A DNA stretch of 25,733 nt from a virus (IMGVR_UViG_3300037507_001223:1-25733), one strand, 5' to 3'. Shown: positions 1-9,139, counted from the stretch's first letter. Translations and numbers: made by a program. Notes: generated by a model from the letters alone, not told the origin.

Positions 1-48
1 GTTCACCCGTTTGTCTAAATGCCAGTTGTTAACCGCCGTCTCACTCAT
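1..48 (-). CDS. 5' part of a small phage protein, possibly holin-like/membrane (runs off the window edge)
   Basis: Not in the ORF track. ATG at 48 gives MSETAVNNWHLDKRVN, open to the edge. WHLDKRV resembles the N-terminal motif of small phage membrane proteins that often precede lysis genes; position after the tail genes fits. Confidence 0.6.
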   Translation of the reverse strand, partial: MSETAVNNWHLDKRVN

Positions 49-125
49 CGGACAAAACCCTTAGCACTTCCACAACCTACAGGCGAAAACATCACATTTG
101 CGTTACATTGACGCATTATTAGCGC

Positions 126-548
126 TTAGACGCCCGTCTGCCACACACGAAACGAGGTGCCGTCATACGAGACCTGATAGAGCGTATTGGCCTTGAGGTC
201 GGCGGCACCCAGCGCCGTGGAGCCGTCGCGCTTCACCACGTTCTTCACGCCGAGGCCGTTGACGTTGAGCGTCACTGCCCCGGTGTTGTCCGATGCCTGC
301 TTGTAGAAGGCGAGCGTAAGCCCCGCGTAGAGGCTGGCCGGCGCCGGGCTATACGTGAGCGTCAGCGCGTCTGCCGTGCCTGCCGCCGTCACGGTGGGCG
401 AAAGAAACTGCCACCACGTTCTGATTGCCGCCATCATCTCGCGGCCGGTGTTGTTCACGTCCGCAACCGCCATGCCTTCGGGCCAGCCATCCGGCGGAGT
501 GCTGTTGTTGCTGGCGGCGGTGCTTGACCAGGAGGAGATTTGAGACAT
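126..548 (-). CDS. Tail fibre N-terminal anchor-like protein, stand-alone (140 aa)
   Basis: WSSTAASN..PPDGWPEGMA.ADVNN..REMMAA followed by NTGAVTLNVNGLG.K, both typical of podovirus fibre N-termini; SD GGAG 9 nt upstream (TGGAGTAATCACTCATG). Confidence 0.8.
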   Translation of the reverse strand: MSQISSWSSTAASNNSTPPDGWPEGMAVADVNNTGREMMAAIRTWWQFLSPTVTAAGTADALTLTYSPAPASLYAGLTLAFYKQASDNTGAVTLNVNGLGVKNVVKRDGSTALGAADLKANTLYQVSYDGTSFRVWQTGV

Positions 549-798
549 GAGTGATTACTCCAGGGCGCGCAAAGCGTGGCCGATAGCCGGCGGCTTTTTC
601 TTGGCCGGATTGGCCTTGGCGCCGTTTGGGATCGGCGGCGGGATGATCTTAGGGGCTGTGGTGTTCATGGGCGCGGCAGTGGCGGCTGATACGGTTGCCA
701 GCCTGTTTCGTTGGGCGCGCCAGGCAACAGCCCGGAAAGCACTCCAACGCCACCCCGCGCCCCTGCGGTTAAAAGGCCCGCCATCGCAGGATTCATGA
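547..798 (+). CDS. Small antisense membrane protein (about 2 TM segments), possible superinfection-exclusion-type moron
   Basis: Long hydrophobic stretch WPIAGGFFLAGLALAPFGIGGGMILGAVVFMGAAVAA followed by a basic tail; AGGAGGAG at 530-537 upstream; sits opposite the end of the last ejection gene. Confidence 0.5.
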   Translation: MSDYSRARKAWPIAGGFFLAGLALAPFGIGGGMILGAVVFMGAAVAADTVASLFRWARQATARKALQRHPAPLRLKGPPSQDS

Positions 799-2782
799 TC
801 CTGATGCTTTCCATCATCGCGCCGTTCATCGCAGGCCCCGCCGCGTAGTTCGTGGCCGTGCGTAGCGCCGCATTGGAGGCGGAACGGGTTTCGATGGCAT
901 CGGCCAGCCGGTTGCCCCAATTCGCCCACGTGGACGGGCTGAGAAGCCGCAGAGGCGCCGCCACGGTGCGGGCGGCAGGAGACGCCACCGCGCCAATCTG
1001 CCCCACGTCCGTGGCCGTCTGCGAACCCATGGCCGGGATGCGGGATGCAATTTCCATCGCACGCATTGTTTCTGCGAATTGCTGATAAGCCGGCGTGTTC
1101 CGCCCCCCCAGCGCCGCAGCCACGGCGTTCCGCTTGGTTTCAGTGCTGAATAGTTCAGCGTAAATTTTGCCCGCCACGTTGCCGGTGTCGCCGCTGGCAA
1201 GGGTGCGCTGTGCTTGGTCCGCGACGTTGCGGACGTAGGCCGCGAATGCCTCTTCAAACTGCGCGCCACGCCCTGCTGCTGCGAATGCGGCGCGGCTTTC
1301 AGCTATAGCCGCCGGAGAGGTGCGGCCGGGGTCAAACAACTTGCCCAGCACAGTCGGGGCCGGGGCATCCGGGCCAACGTTCGCCACGTCGCCAAGAACG
1401 CCTTCGCGCAGCCGCGCCGATGCCTGCATGCCGGGCTGTGCAACCGCCTTGCCTTGGGCGTAAGTGGGATAAAGGTCCTCCATGGCAGAGACCAGCCGCT
1501 TGCGGACGTCATCGATACCGCTCCGGCTTGCTCGTGCGGCAGGCATCACGGCGGAACCGGCAGCGTCATACTCGGCGTCAAGTTGCTTTTTGACCAAATC
1601 AAGCAGCTGGAAATTCGGAACATCGGGGGCCGGCTTGCCGAATTTGTTGGCGTATGTCTGCGATGCCTCCCGAAGCGCCGATTTGAACGCAGGGGCATCG
1701 GCAATCTGCGCCAGTTCAGGTGTCCACGTCTGTGCGCCACTCTCAGCCTGCCGATAAAACGGGGTTGCCGCCGCATTGCCCGCCGCGCGTGGCGCCTCAA
1801 TCACGGGTTCCGCCGCCTCCCGCACCGCCCGCGCCGTCTGGTCTACCCCTTGGTTCGGCGCAATCCTCGACGCCGCCCGCTCCGCCGCCGCCGGCACCTC
1901 GTCCATGTTAATCCGCCGCACCGCCTCCCGCATCGGATCTGCCGTGTTGGCGTTGCGCATCATCTGCCGGTCGGCGTGCAACAGGCTTCCCCGGTTCGTC
2001 ACCGGCCCCTGCATGGCCGTGATCCCCTCGCGCTGGAGTAGCGCCGCGTTGGCCCGCGCTTGCGCCACGTTGGCGGGGTCGCGAAACCATTGCTTGTCGG
2101 CTGCCGCCAAGCCTGCCGGAGCACGGTTGTAAAGCGCCTCCAAGCCGCGCCCGGCTGCCTGCCCAATGCCGCCAAGCGCCGCCTGCCCGGCGACGTTCAG
2201 CCAATCAATATTGGTGGGGTCGCCTGCGTTGATGGCTTGGCCCAGCGATTGCCGGAACACGTCCCCTGCCCCGCTCGCCGCCGTCGCCGCTGTTACCGAT
2301 CCCGGCGCACCCATGCGCGAGGTCGCCAACCCCGCCGCCATTCCTGCCACCGCCGGGATCGCCGGCCCGACGCTGCCCGCCATGTAGGAGCCAACGCGCC
2401 CCAGCGCATCCGCCGGGCCCTTGGCGCCGACAACGGACGGCTCCACCCTGTAAAACAGGTTCGGGTTGCGTTCGTCGGAATAGACGATATCCCCGTCTGC
2501 AATGGCGAACCGCTCGGCCGGAATGCCCATGGCCTTTGCAAAAACGGGGATGCGGTCTTTCAGGTTCGGGAATAGCGAGGCGTTGGCGATGGTGCGGGCC
2601 GGCGCCGCGCGTGCGCGGTCGTCCATGATGCCGGAGGTTAGGACAGGTTCAATCTCGCGCGGGCCAGGTGCAAGTGGCGCTGCTTCCCACCAGTTGCCCG
2701 GCGCGACGGCTGCCGGAGACGGCGGGGGCTGGGCACCGACAAGGGGCGCGGCTTCCCACCAATTGGTTTGCGCGCCGCTCAT
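665..2782 (-). CDS. DNA ejection / internal virion protein (P22 gp16-like position), 705 aa
   Basis: Ala/Gly-rich helical protein, last of three consecutive ejection-type genes; ATGA overlap with the upstream gene; N-terminal NWWEAAPL repeated twice. Confidence 0.75.
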   Translation of the reverse strand: MSGAQTNWWEAAPLVGAQPPPSPAAVAPGNWWEAAPLAPGPREIEPVLTSGIMDDRARAAPARTIANASLFPNLKDRIPVFAKAMGIPAERFAIADGDIVYSDERNPNLFYRVEPSVVGAKGPADALGRVGSYMAGSVGPAIPAVAGMAAGLATSRMGAPGSVTAATAASGAGDVFRQSLGQAINAGDPTNIDWLNVAGQAALGGIGQAAGRGLEALYNRAPAGLAAADKQWFRDPANVAQARANAALLQREGITAMQGPVTNRGSLLHADRQMMRNANTADPMREAVRRINMDEVPAAAERAASRIAPNQGVDQTARAVREAAEPVIEAPRAAGNAAATPFYRQAESGAQTWTPELAQIADAPAFKSALREASQTYANKFGKPAPDVPNFQLLDLVKKQLDAEYDAAGSAVMPAARASRSGIDDVRKRLVSAMEDLYPTYAQGKAVAQPGMQASARLREGVLGDVANVGPDAPAPTVLGKLFDPGRTSPAAIAESRAAFAAAGRGAQFEEAFAAYVRNVADQAQRTLASGDTGNVAGKIYAELFSTETKRNAVAAALGGRNTPAYQQFAETMRAMEIASRIPAMGSQTATDVGQIGAVASPAARTVAAPLRLLSPSTWANWGNRLADAIETRSASNAALRTATNYAAGPAMNGAMMESIRIMNPAMAGLLTAGARGGVGVLSGLLPGAPNETGWQPYQPPLPRP

Positions 2783-4050
2783 GGCTTTACCCGCACAGAA
2801 CCGTCAGGGGCGATGAACTGCGTTCCGCTTGGTAATGCCTGATACTGCTGCGGCGACATGATCCTTGCGGGCGCCGCAGGATTAGGGGGAGGCTCCGCTT
2901 GCAAGCCGGGGCGCGCGGGGGTCGCCATGCCGGCCGCCGCCGGGCGCCACTCCGATCCGGCGAAAAGCGGGTTAGCGTTCACGTAACGCTTCCATTCCTG
3001 TTGCCACCGATCGAACGTCTTGCCGTCAGCGCGCGCCGCGTTCCACGACTGCGCAGCTTCAACCGACCGTTCGGCGATCTTCTGCCGCGCCTCCAACGCA
3101 AGCCCAATTGTCTCAGGCCGGCGGGAAAGGTTCGCCTCCATCTGCTTCACGAATTCCATGTCGGCGTTCGAGAAGTTTGCCGCAGGCACACCGCCCTCGC
3201 CGCCGATGTTCGCGGCCGTCAACTTAGCCGCAAGCATCTGGAACATTTCGTTTGATGTGGCGCTTTTCGGCAGCCCCATTCGTTCCAGCGATTCCGGCGA
3301 CATACCCACCGCCTGCGCAAAGCCGGTAATCGTCGTAAGTGCCGGCCCGAGCCGCCCCGCCGTGATTTGCGGCAACAGTTCTTGCATGCGGGAAAGCGTC
3401 ATCTGCGTAGCCGTGGCCTTGTCCGCGTCTTGCAGCACCTTCAACGCCTGATCGGCCAAACCCTTGCCGTAATTCTTCTCAAACTCACTTTCGGCCGCAG
3501 GCAGCCGCATATCCACGCGCGTAGCGCTAGCCGCACGAATGCGCCGCTGCTGGGCCTCTTCCTCCGGGTCCATGATGCGCGGCACCCGCATCAAGGGGCG
3601 AGGCTGGCCGCTGCTCACGTCCACGATGGTCCCGTTGACTTCCATCAGGTTGTCTTTCGGGTTCGTCTTGCGCGTCATCAACTTCGCCACGGTCTGCGCC
3701 TGCATGTCGGACGGCAGGGCACCGATCACGCCGCGCATGTTCTCAGGGATAGACGCCCGCAACGCCGCAGCCGAAGGCGACAGCTTTGCCAAGTCCGCAT
3801 CGGGAGCCAACGCCTGCCCGAACGCTTGCATCGCCTGCAAATCGCGCTGCGCCTTGGCCGTCATCATGCCGCGCTGCTGCCCCTGCCCGAACGCCCCGAA
3901 GGCATCGCCCAGCGTCGGCCCCGGCTGCCCTACAGGGCGCGGCGCGCCTGCCTGTAGCAACCCGGCGCCCATCGCGTTGAGCCCGCCGAGGAGGCCCGCA
4001 AGCTGCATCCCCTGCGGGGTGCTGGGGTCGAATCGATCAAACCACGACAT
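2779..4050 (-). CDS. DNA ejection / internal virion protein (P22 gp20-like position), 423 aa
   Basis: N-terminal GLL..GAGLL motif, FSNADMEF motif, C-terminal YQALPSGTQFIAPDGSVRVKP typical of podovirus ejection proteins; SD GGAGG upstream. Confidence 0.75.
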   Translation of the reverse strand: MSWFDRFDPSTPQGMQLAGLLGGLNAMGAGLLQAGAPRPVGQPGPTLGDAFGAFGQGQQRGMMTAKAQRDLQAMQAFGQALAPDADLAKLSPSAAALRASIPENMRGVIGALPSDMQAQTVAKLMTRKTNPKDNLMEVNGTIVDVSSGQPRPLMRVPRIMDPEEEAQQRRIRAASATRVDMRLPAAESEFEKNYGKGLADQALKVLQDADKATATQMTLSRMQELLPQITAGRLGPALTTITGFAQAVGMSPESLERMGLPKSATSNEMFQMLAAKLTAANIGGEGGVPAANFSNADMEFVKQMEANLSRRPETIGLALEARQKIAERSVEAAQSWNAARADGKTFDRWQQEWKRYVNANPLFAGSEWRPAAAGMATPARPGLQAEPPPNPAAPARIMSPQQYQALPSGTQFIAPDGSVRVKP

Positions 4051-4059
4051 GCGCGCCTC

Positions 4060-4806
4060 CTACCGGAACAGGCTAAGCAAGCCGGGCATTCCCTGCCCCA
4101 ACGCACCCAGCGCCCCAAGCCCCGCAATGCCGGTGCCGATGCCCTGCATCATGGGGTTCACTGTGTAGGGCTGCTGCGAAGTCTGCGCCCCGCCATACGA
4201 CCGATTGCCCACGATGTTCATGTAGTTGTTTAGGGCCTGCTGCTGGGCGTTCTGCGCGAAGTTCCAACGGTTCATGGCGTCTGCAATAAACTCGCGGCCC
4301 CGGCCTTCCTGCGCCTGGCCCACGCCCATCATCGCCTGCGGGGCACTGTAGTCTTGGCCCGCAGCCATCTGGTTCGCCCGCTCGGCGCCGTAGTTCTGGA
4401 ACGCCAGCGAGCCCGCCTTGTCCGCCATGGCCGAGGCGTAGGCATTGGCATGCGCGCCGCTGCCCAGTCGGCCGGTTGCCGCAAACGTGCTGTCAATGTT
4501 CGGCCGGATTGCGCGGCCAATCTGGTCGACCATGCCGGAAAAGTAGGGGTTGCCAGCACTCAGGAACCCGCCGCCGGCCGTGTAGTTGCGCAGCGTGTTG
4601 GACAGGCCGGCGCTATCCATCGCCGCGCCCTGCCCCGTTGCCGTGGCCGCGCTTTGATCCACCACCGTCTGGCCGGGGTAATAGGTCTGCGGCCCCTGAT
4701 CCAACAGCCCGCCGGCTTGCTGGAAGCCGCGCTCCAGATAAGGCTGCTGCACGCTCCAAGGCGCCGTATTCGTGGCAACGGTGGAAGTGCGTTCTTCCTG
4801 CGACAT
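4060..4806 (-). CDS. Pilot / DNA ejection protein (P22 gp7-like position), 248 aa
   Basis: APW..QQPYL, NPY, GRLGSGAH motifs and Gly-rich hydrophobic C-terminus; SD GGAG upstream. Confidence 0.75.
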   Translation of the reverse strand: MSQEERTSTVATNTAPWSVQQPYLERGFQQAGGLLDQGPQTYYPGQTVVDQSAATATGQGAAMDSAGLSNTLRNYTAGGGFLSAGNPYFSGMVDQIGRAIRPNIDSTFAATGRLGSGAHANAYASAMADKAGSLAFQNYGAERANQMAAGQDYSAPQAMMGVGQAQEGRGREFIADAMNRWNFAQNAQQQALNNYMNIVGNRSYGGAQTSQQPYTVNPMMQGIGTGIAGLGALGALGQGMPGLLSLFR

Positions 4807-4808
4807 GG

Positions 4809-5216
4809 TTAAATCTCCGCAACCCAGAAGTCAGACACGTGCTTGAGTTCCGGCGGAAGCACCCCGCTTCTAGACCAGCCGCGCCGCCCCATGAAGCAGA
4901 CGGTTTCGCAGCCCCATTCTTTACCAAATTCCACTAGATGCGGCCAGAAATGTTGCACCGCATCCAACGTCCCGCCGCTCTCCTGAATCCACAACGCGCG
5001 GGTCGCCGGATACTGAGCAATGCGGGTTACGCACACGGCCCGGATTGGCCCGCCCTCGCTGGCAATCCACAACTGCCGATGCCCGCGCGCCACCTCCGCG
5101 CGAACGTCTTCCGTCCGCATGTGCCCCGCGCTATGGGCTAGCGCCGAGGCGATGAACGGCCCCACCATCGGCCACACGCGGTCAACGTGCTGGGCTGGAA
5201 CCTGTGCCACGTTCAT
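4809..5216 (-). CDS. GNAT-fold-like virion assembly protein (P22 gp14-like position), 135 aa
   Basis: Start re-assigned to ATG 5216 (ATGA overlap with the stop at 5213-5215); QLW...GC..V.F.GRRGW motif seen in podovirus genes between nozzle and ejection genes. Confidence 0.7.
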   Translation of the reverse strand: MNVAQVPAQHVDRVWPMVGPFIASALAHSAGHMRTEDVRAEVARGHRQLWIASEGGPIRAVCVTRIAQYPATRALWIQESGGTLDAVQHFWPHLVEFGKEWGCETVCFMGRRGWSRSGVLPPELKHVSDFWVAEI

Positions 5217-5548
5217 CCCACGATCACATAGCGAAACGTGCGGTCGGTCGTCGCCGCGTTGCTGTGCGTCAACGTCCACGCAAGGTTGTTGCGGTTAGCC
5301 GCCAGCACATACGGCACATCCGCCGCCGCGTTCGCCGTCATGGGGTCGAACGCCACAAAGCTGCCCACCGTCAAGCGCCGGTCAGATAGCGTCGTTGTCG
5401 TCGTGTTGGCGGTTAGGGTAATTTCACCAACATTGTTGGTTTTCCCCTGAAACAGCAGCCGCACGCCGCGCGCCACGTCCACAAGGTGGCGCACCAGTGA
5501 CGACACATCGTTGCCGTTCGGGCGTTCGGCTGGGGGGAGGTAGCTCAC
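5213..5548 (-). CDS. Small tail protein, 111 aa
   Basis: GTG at 5548 overlaps the nozzle stop (GTGA), SD GGAGG; GK.NNVG.ITL...TTTL.D.R....S ... DRTFRYVIVG pattern typical of this phage group. Confidence 0.7.
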   Translation of the reverse strand: MSYLPPAERPNGNDVSSLVRHLVDVARGVRLLFQGKTNNVGEITLTANTTTTTLSDRRLTVGSFVAFDPMTANAAADVPYVLAANRNNLAWTLTHSNAATTDRTFRYVIVG

Positions 5549-7050
5549 CGCCGCCCCTCCTGCCGCACGGTCACATCCGCGCCTTGAAGATACGTCCACT
5601 GAGCGCCGGCAGGGATGTTCACGCGGGCGCGGGCGTAGCGCGTGGCGATCCGGGCCGGGGCCGTGTAGTCGGCGCCGCGCGTGCGGGCAGTGGTGTAGGC
5701 CAGCGCATCGGCGAACCGCGTGCGGTGGCCCACCTGTGCCGTCAACGTGCCCGCGTCGGTCAGGGGGCGGATACCAGACACATACACCCGCTGGCCCTGC
5801 GCATCCGTCTCGCCGGTTTCAATGCGCGCGGCCAGGTTGGCGCCCGTAAAATATACCAGGCGATAGGACGTATCGAACCCGCCGAGGATCGGGGCGCCGC
5901 CGTTCAACGTAGGGCTTTCCAGCAGGAAGCCAACGCTATCCGGAGAAACGCCAAACGTCACATCGAACGAGTCCACGCCGATAAAGTTGGTTAGCGCCGT
6001 GAACAGCCCCGACACGGCAATGCCGCTGTCGTCTGCCGCGCTCCATCGATCCGTGGCGTAGGAGTAGATCAACCATCGATTCGGATCGCCCCATGTGGCG
6101 CTGGGCGTTGGGTATGCCCACACCAGCACCTTGCGCAAGGGATCGTGCGCCACGTAGACGCGGTGCAAGTATTCTTGGGAAACATCCGCCCAGAACGTGG
6201 CACTTACCCGCCCCTGCCCAATCGGCGTTACGTTCTGGCCGTCGAACCGCTGAAACCCGTCCTCGCTGATGAAGTAGGCCACGCCGTTGACGCTGATGGC
6301 GCCGTTCGGGCACACGCTGCCCACCCCGCGCGCCACCTCGCGGAAAGCGAACACCGCCGGAGCGCCCACGTATTCGATGCGGTAGATCGCCCGTTCGGCC
6401 AGCACGGCACCGGCCGCGCCACCCACGGCGCTAAGCAGGCCCATGATCCGCCCGCCGTTCGGGAGTTCCTGTTCATCCGCCTGCTTGCTCGCCGCGTCGC
6501 TGGAGCCGACGGTTGGCCAGTCCGTGGCGTCGTTGATCGCGCTCCACCGCAGGCTGGAAGGCTTTTCGCCCGCGCTGTCGTTGAGGTGGCCGAGCATCAG
6601 GAAGCCCGGCTCTATCGTGGCGATGTGCGCGCCACTCGGCGCTGCAGCAATTCGCGCGAACGCCGCCGTTGCGCCCGTGGGATGCGTCCACAACCCGCCC
6701 GACCAGTGGGAAGCGTAGACGTAATCCCCAAACTGCGTGAACCGCCACGGGTAATACAGCGTCGCTACACCTATGTCCGTGGCCGTGGTCATCTGGGAGA
6801 ACGCGAAACCGCGATACACGGCGAGGTCGCGGGAGTTCTCTTGTCCCACGTAGAGAACCACAGTCCCAGCGCCGTTGCGGGCCTGGAACGCGCCAGCCGG
6901 GCGGGTCAGAGGATTGGACCACGTAACCGCCGCTCTCAACGGCCCCACCGATCCATCCGGCTTGAAATACACGTTGTTGGCGATGGTGCTGTGCGTGCCG
7001 AGATACGCGGGGAGGTCGGGGCGGTAGTCGCCAACGGGGAGGATGGTCAA
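5545..7050 (-). CDS. Tail nozzle / DNA stabilisation protein (P22 gp10 / T7 gp12-like), about 501 aa
   Basis: TTG at 7050 overlaps the upstream stop (TTGA); G.YRPD.P, WRFTQFGD, LRWSAINDATDW, YFISEDGF..FDG, PIG..RV...F motifs of beta-propeller nozzle proteins. Confidence 0.8.
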   Translation of the reverse strand: MTILPVGDYRPDLPAYLGTHSTIANNVYFKPDGSVGPLRAAVTWSNPLTRPAGAFQARNGAGTVVLYVGQENSRDLAVYRGFAFSQMTTATDIGVATLYYPWRFTQFGDYVYASHWSGGLWTHPTGATAAFARIAAAPSGAHIATIEPGFLMLGHLNDSAGEKPSSLRWSAINDATDWPTVGSSDAASKQADEQELPNGGRIMGLLSAVGGAAGAVLAERAIYRIEYVGAPAVFAFREVARGVGSVCPNGAISVNGVAYFISEDGFQRFDGQNVTPIGQGRVSATFWADVSQEYLHRVYVAHDPLRKVLVWAYPTPSATWGDPNRWLIYSYATDRWSAADDSGIAVSGLFTALTNFIGVDSFDVTFGVSPDSVGFLLESPTLNGGAPILGGFDTSYRLVYFTGANLAARIETGETDAQGQRVYVSGIRPLTDAGTLTAQVGHRTRFADALAYTTARTRGADYTAPARIATRYARARVNIPAGAQWTYLQGADVTVRQEGRR

Positions 7051-7778
7051 CCGAACAGCCCCCCCATACCACCACCCAGCCCGCCAAACCCGCCGCCACC
7101 CCAACCACCGCCGCCCGACAGGTCGCCGGGGTTTTGCATGTCGGCAACGTCAACGGCGCCCATCGGGGCCATTCCCGCAGTTGGCCCCATCGCCGCCGCG
7201 ATATCCGCCCACCCGCCGAAATTGAACCCATCCGCCTGCGCTGGGGAGAGGTTGGCAAATCCGTCATACCTCCCCGCCATCGCGGCGTTAAGCGCGTCCG
7301 TGTAGTCGCCCGCCAGGCCGTTGAACCCCAGCAGCCCGCCCACCGTCGAGCCAAAGCCGGGGTTGACGCCGAGGCCCGACAGCATGCCGACGTTGTTGGT
7401 CGTGTTCGCGATGTTGCCAAAGGCGTTCATCGCGCCGAGGCCCATCCCGAAAGCAGGCCCGCCCAGCAGCCCCAGCGCCGTGATCCCCGCTCGCGAGGCC
7501 ATGGGGTTCATGTCCAGCGCCTTGCCGATGGTCGCCGAGTTCGGGAACCCGCCACCCCAGCGCGATCCGTTGTCCGTTGGCGCGGCGGCGGTCGCCGTGT
7601 CGTTCGCCCCGCCGCCGCCTTCGTCAAAAAACGTGAACATTTGCGGGGCCGGCGCGAACGCCGCCTGTTGCTGCGCTCGCGTGGTCGCCGCTGCAAACTG
7701 CCGCTCCTGCCGGCGCGCTCGCTCGGCATCAAGCAAGCCGTTCACCATGCTGATGTGCGCGTTCCACGTCTGGGACAC
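7047..7778 (-). CDS. Hypothetical Gly/Ala-rich protein, 243 aa
   Basis: Coupled on both sides (TAGTG and TTGA overlaps) within the tail operon; low-complexity Gly-rich C-terminus. Confidence 0.65.
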   Translation of the reverse strand: MSQTWNAHISMVNGLLDAERARRQERQFAAATTRAQQQAAFAPAPQMFTFFDEGGGGANDTATAAAPTDNGSRWGGGFPNSATIGKALDMNPMASRAGITALGLLGGPAFGMGLGAMNAFGNIANTTNNVGMLSGLGVNPGFGSTVGGLLGFNGLAGDYTDALNAAMAGRYDGFANLSPAQADGFNFGGWADIAAAMGPTAGMAPMGAVDVADMQNPGDLSGGGGWGGGGFGGLGGGMGGLFG

Positions 7779-8404
7779 TAGAAGTCCTCCGCGACAAGGA
7801 AGCCGGTCGCCGTGCGGTTGCTGTGCAGCCCTTGGAGGGACCGGAGCACTTCCATCTCCCGCCCGCGCATCCGGTCCGCCTCGGCGTAGTCGCGGATGAC
7901 GTTCTCGAACAAATCCGCCTTGGCACGAAGCCGAATCAGTTCCTCGCCTTCATTGGTCCACGAGTTGCTGTCACCGTCCGCCGCTGGCAGGCCGATGTTT
8001 CCCGTGAAAAACACCGTGGCCGAGTAGGTGCGATCCGGCACCGGATGCACGTAGACCCGCTGGCGATACATCGCATAATGCGTCGGCGGGCCGGATGGCA
8101 CGGTGTCGATGCGGTAATCCTGCATCTCCGCAAACGCGATCTTGCGCAGGGGTTCCTTCGAGCCGTTCACCGTCATCGTCAGGGAATCTTCGTCAACTAG
8201 CGTCGAAAGGAACGTGGCCGTGGAGGTCGTGTAAGCATCCGTCCCCGGCGCGGTGTTGAACGTGCCCTCGGTTTCCATGAACCACCACGGGCGCCGCTCG
8301 TAGTGCGCCACCGCCGACACGATAGCCGCCGCGATTTGGCTGGTAAGATCGTCGCGGGCCAGTTCGTCCGCGATGCGAGCTTTCATCGTGCCGAGGGATG
8401 GCAT
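7778..8404 (-). CDS. Head-tail adaptor / tail tubular protein A-like, 208 aa
   Basis: TMKARIADELARDDL..QI..AI..A, G.P..Y, .PVPD..Y, N.W motifs typical of podovirus adaptors; ATG directly follows the upstream TAA. Confidence 0.8.
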   Translation of the reverse strand: MPSLGTMKARIADELARDDLTSQIAAAIVSAVAHYERRPWWFMETEGTFNTAPGTDAYTTSTATFLSTLVDEDSLTMTVNGSKEPLRKIAFAEMQDYRIDTVPSGPPTHYAMYRQRVYVHPVPDRTYSATVFFTGNIGLPAADGDSNSWTNEGEELIRLRAKADLFENVIRDYAEADRMRGREMEVLRSLQGLHSNRTATGFLVAEDF

Positions 8405-9139
8405 TTAAACAGCCTCCGCCATAGCCCGCCGCATCGCCGCCCGTTCGGCCAGCCACACACCGGCAAAAGGGCAATCCTGCATGTGCGGGAACCACGGCCC
8501 GCCGCTGGTGTAGTGGATGGCGCCAATGTCCGCCGGATCGCCGCCGCACGTGGGCGAGGCATCGGCCAACCAGTTCCACTTTTCCGGCAGGCTGCCGATG
8601 TAGCAGTCGGACAGCCACTTGAACGCATGCAGGTCACGCCCCGCCCACGTGTTCACCGCGTGCGTCGTCAGGCTGCGGTTGGCGTGGTGATCCACGTTCC
8701 ACAGCACGCAGCTAGACCAGTTCTTGCGGTTGTATTGGCCTTGGCTGATGCCATCCATCTTCATCGTGCCGGCGGGGCGGTGGTCGTGCTTCACCACTTG
8801 GACGGCGTAAAGCGGATCAAACTCGGCGAACAACCGCGCCACGTCCTGCCGAAACACGAAGTCGCAGTCCACGAACAGCGCCGGCCCCTTGGCCACGACG
8901 AACGGCACAAGAAAGCGGGAGAACGAGAAGGCCACGCTAAACGGCCGCTTGTCGCGTTCGTCCCACATCTGGCCCGTTTCATCCACGCGGAACGGCCGGT
9001 CATACAAGCCCGCCTCGCGCAAGTCGGCGAGGTCAAGCGGGATGATGTTGACCGGACGCGAGGCATGGCGACGCAGGGACGCCGCGCACACCTGATAGGC
9101 TTCCCATTCGCGCGGGTCGTAGCCGATAACGACGTTCAT
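8405..9139 (-). CDS. GT-A fold glycosyltransferase (GT8-related, CDI-like), 244 aa
   Basis: Start re-assigned to ATG 9139 (ATGA overlap). IGYDPRE, FSFSRFLVP, FVDCDF (DxD), YNRKNWSS, WNWL and HYTSGGPWF motifs. Confidence 0.88.
   Translation of the reverse strand: MNVVIGYDPREWEAYQVCAASLRRHASRPVNIIPLDLADLREAGLYDRPFRVDETGQMWDERDKRPFSVAFSFSRFLVPFVVAKGPALFVDCDFVFRQDVARLFAEFDPLYAVQVVKHDHRPAGTMKMDGISQGQYNRKNWSSCVLWNVDHHANRSLTTHAVNTWAGRDLHAFKWLSDCYIGSLPEKWNWLADASPTCGGDPADIGAIHYTSGGPWFPHMQDCPFAGVWLAERAAMRRAMAEAV

Noticed and set aside
7065-7115. G-quadruplex-like G tracts on the minus strand
   Set aside because: Fully explained by poly-Gly codons.
6145-7305. 386-aa plus-strand ORF and similar long antisense ORFs (1214-2041, 8303-9169, 11771-12583, 12767-13711, 22006-22941)
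   Set aside because: All lie opposite well-supported structural genes and have shadow-frame composition.
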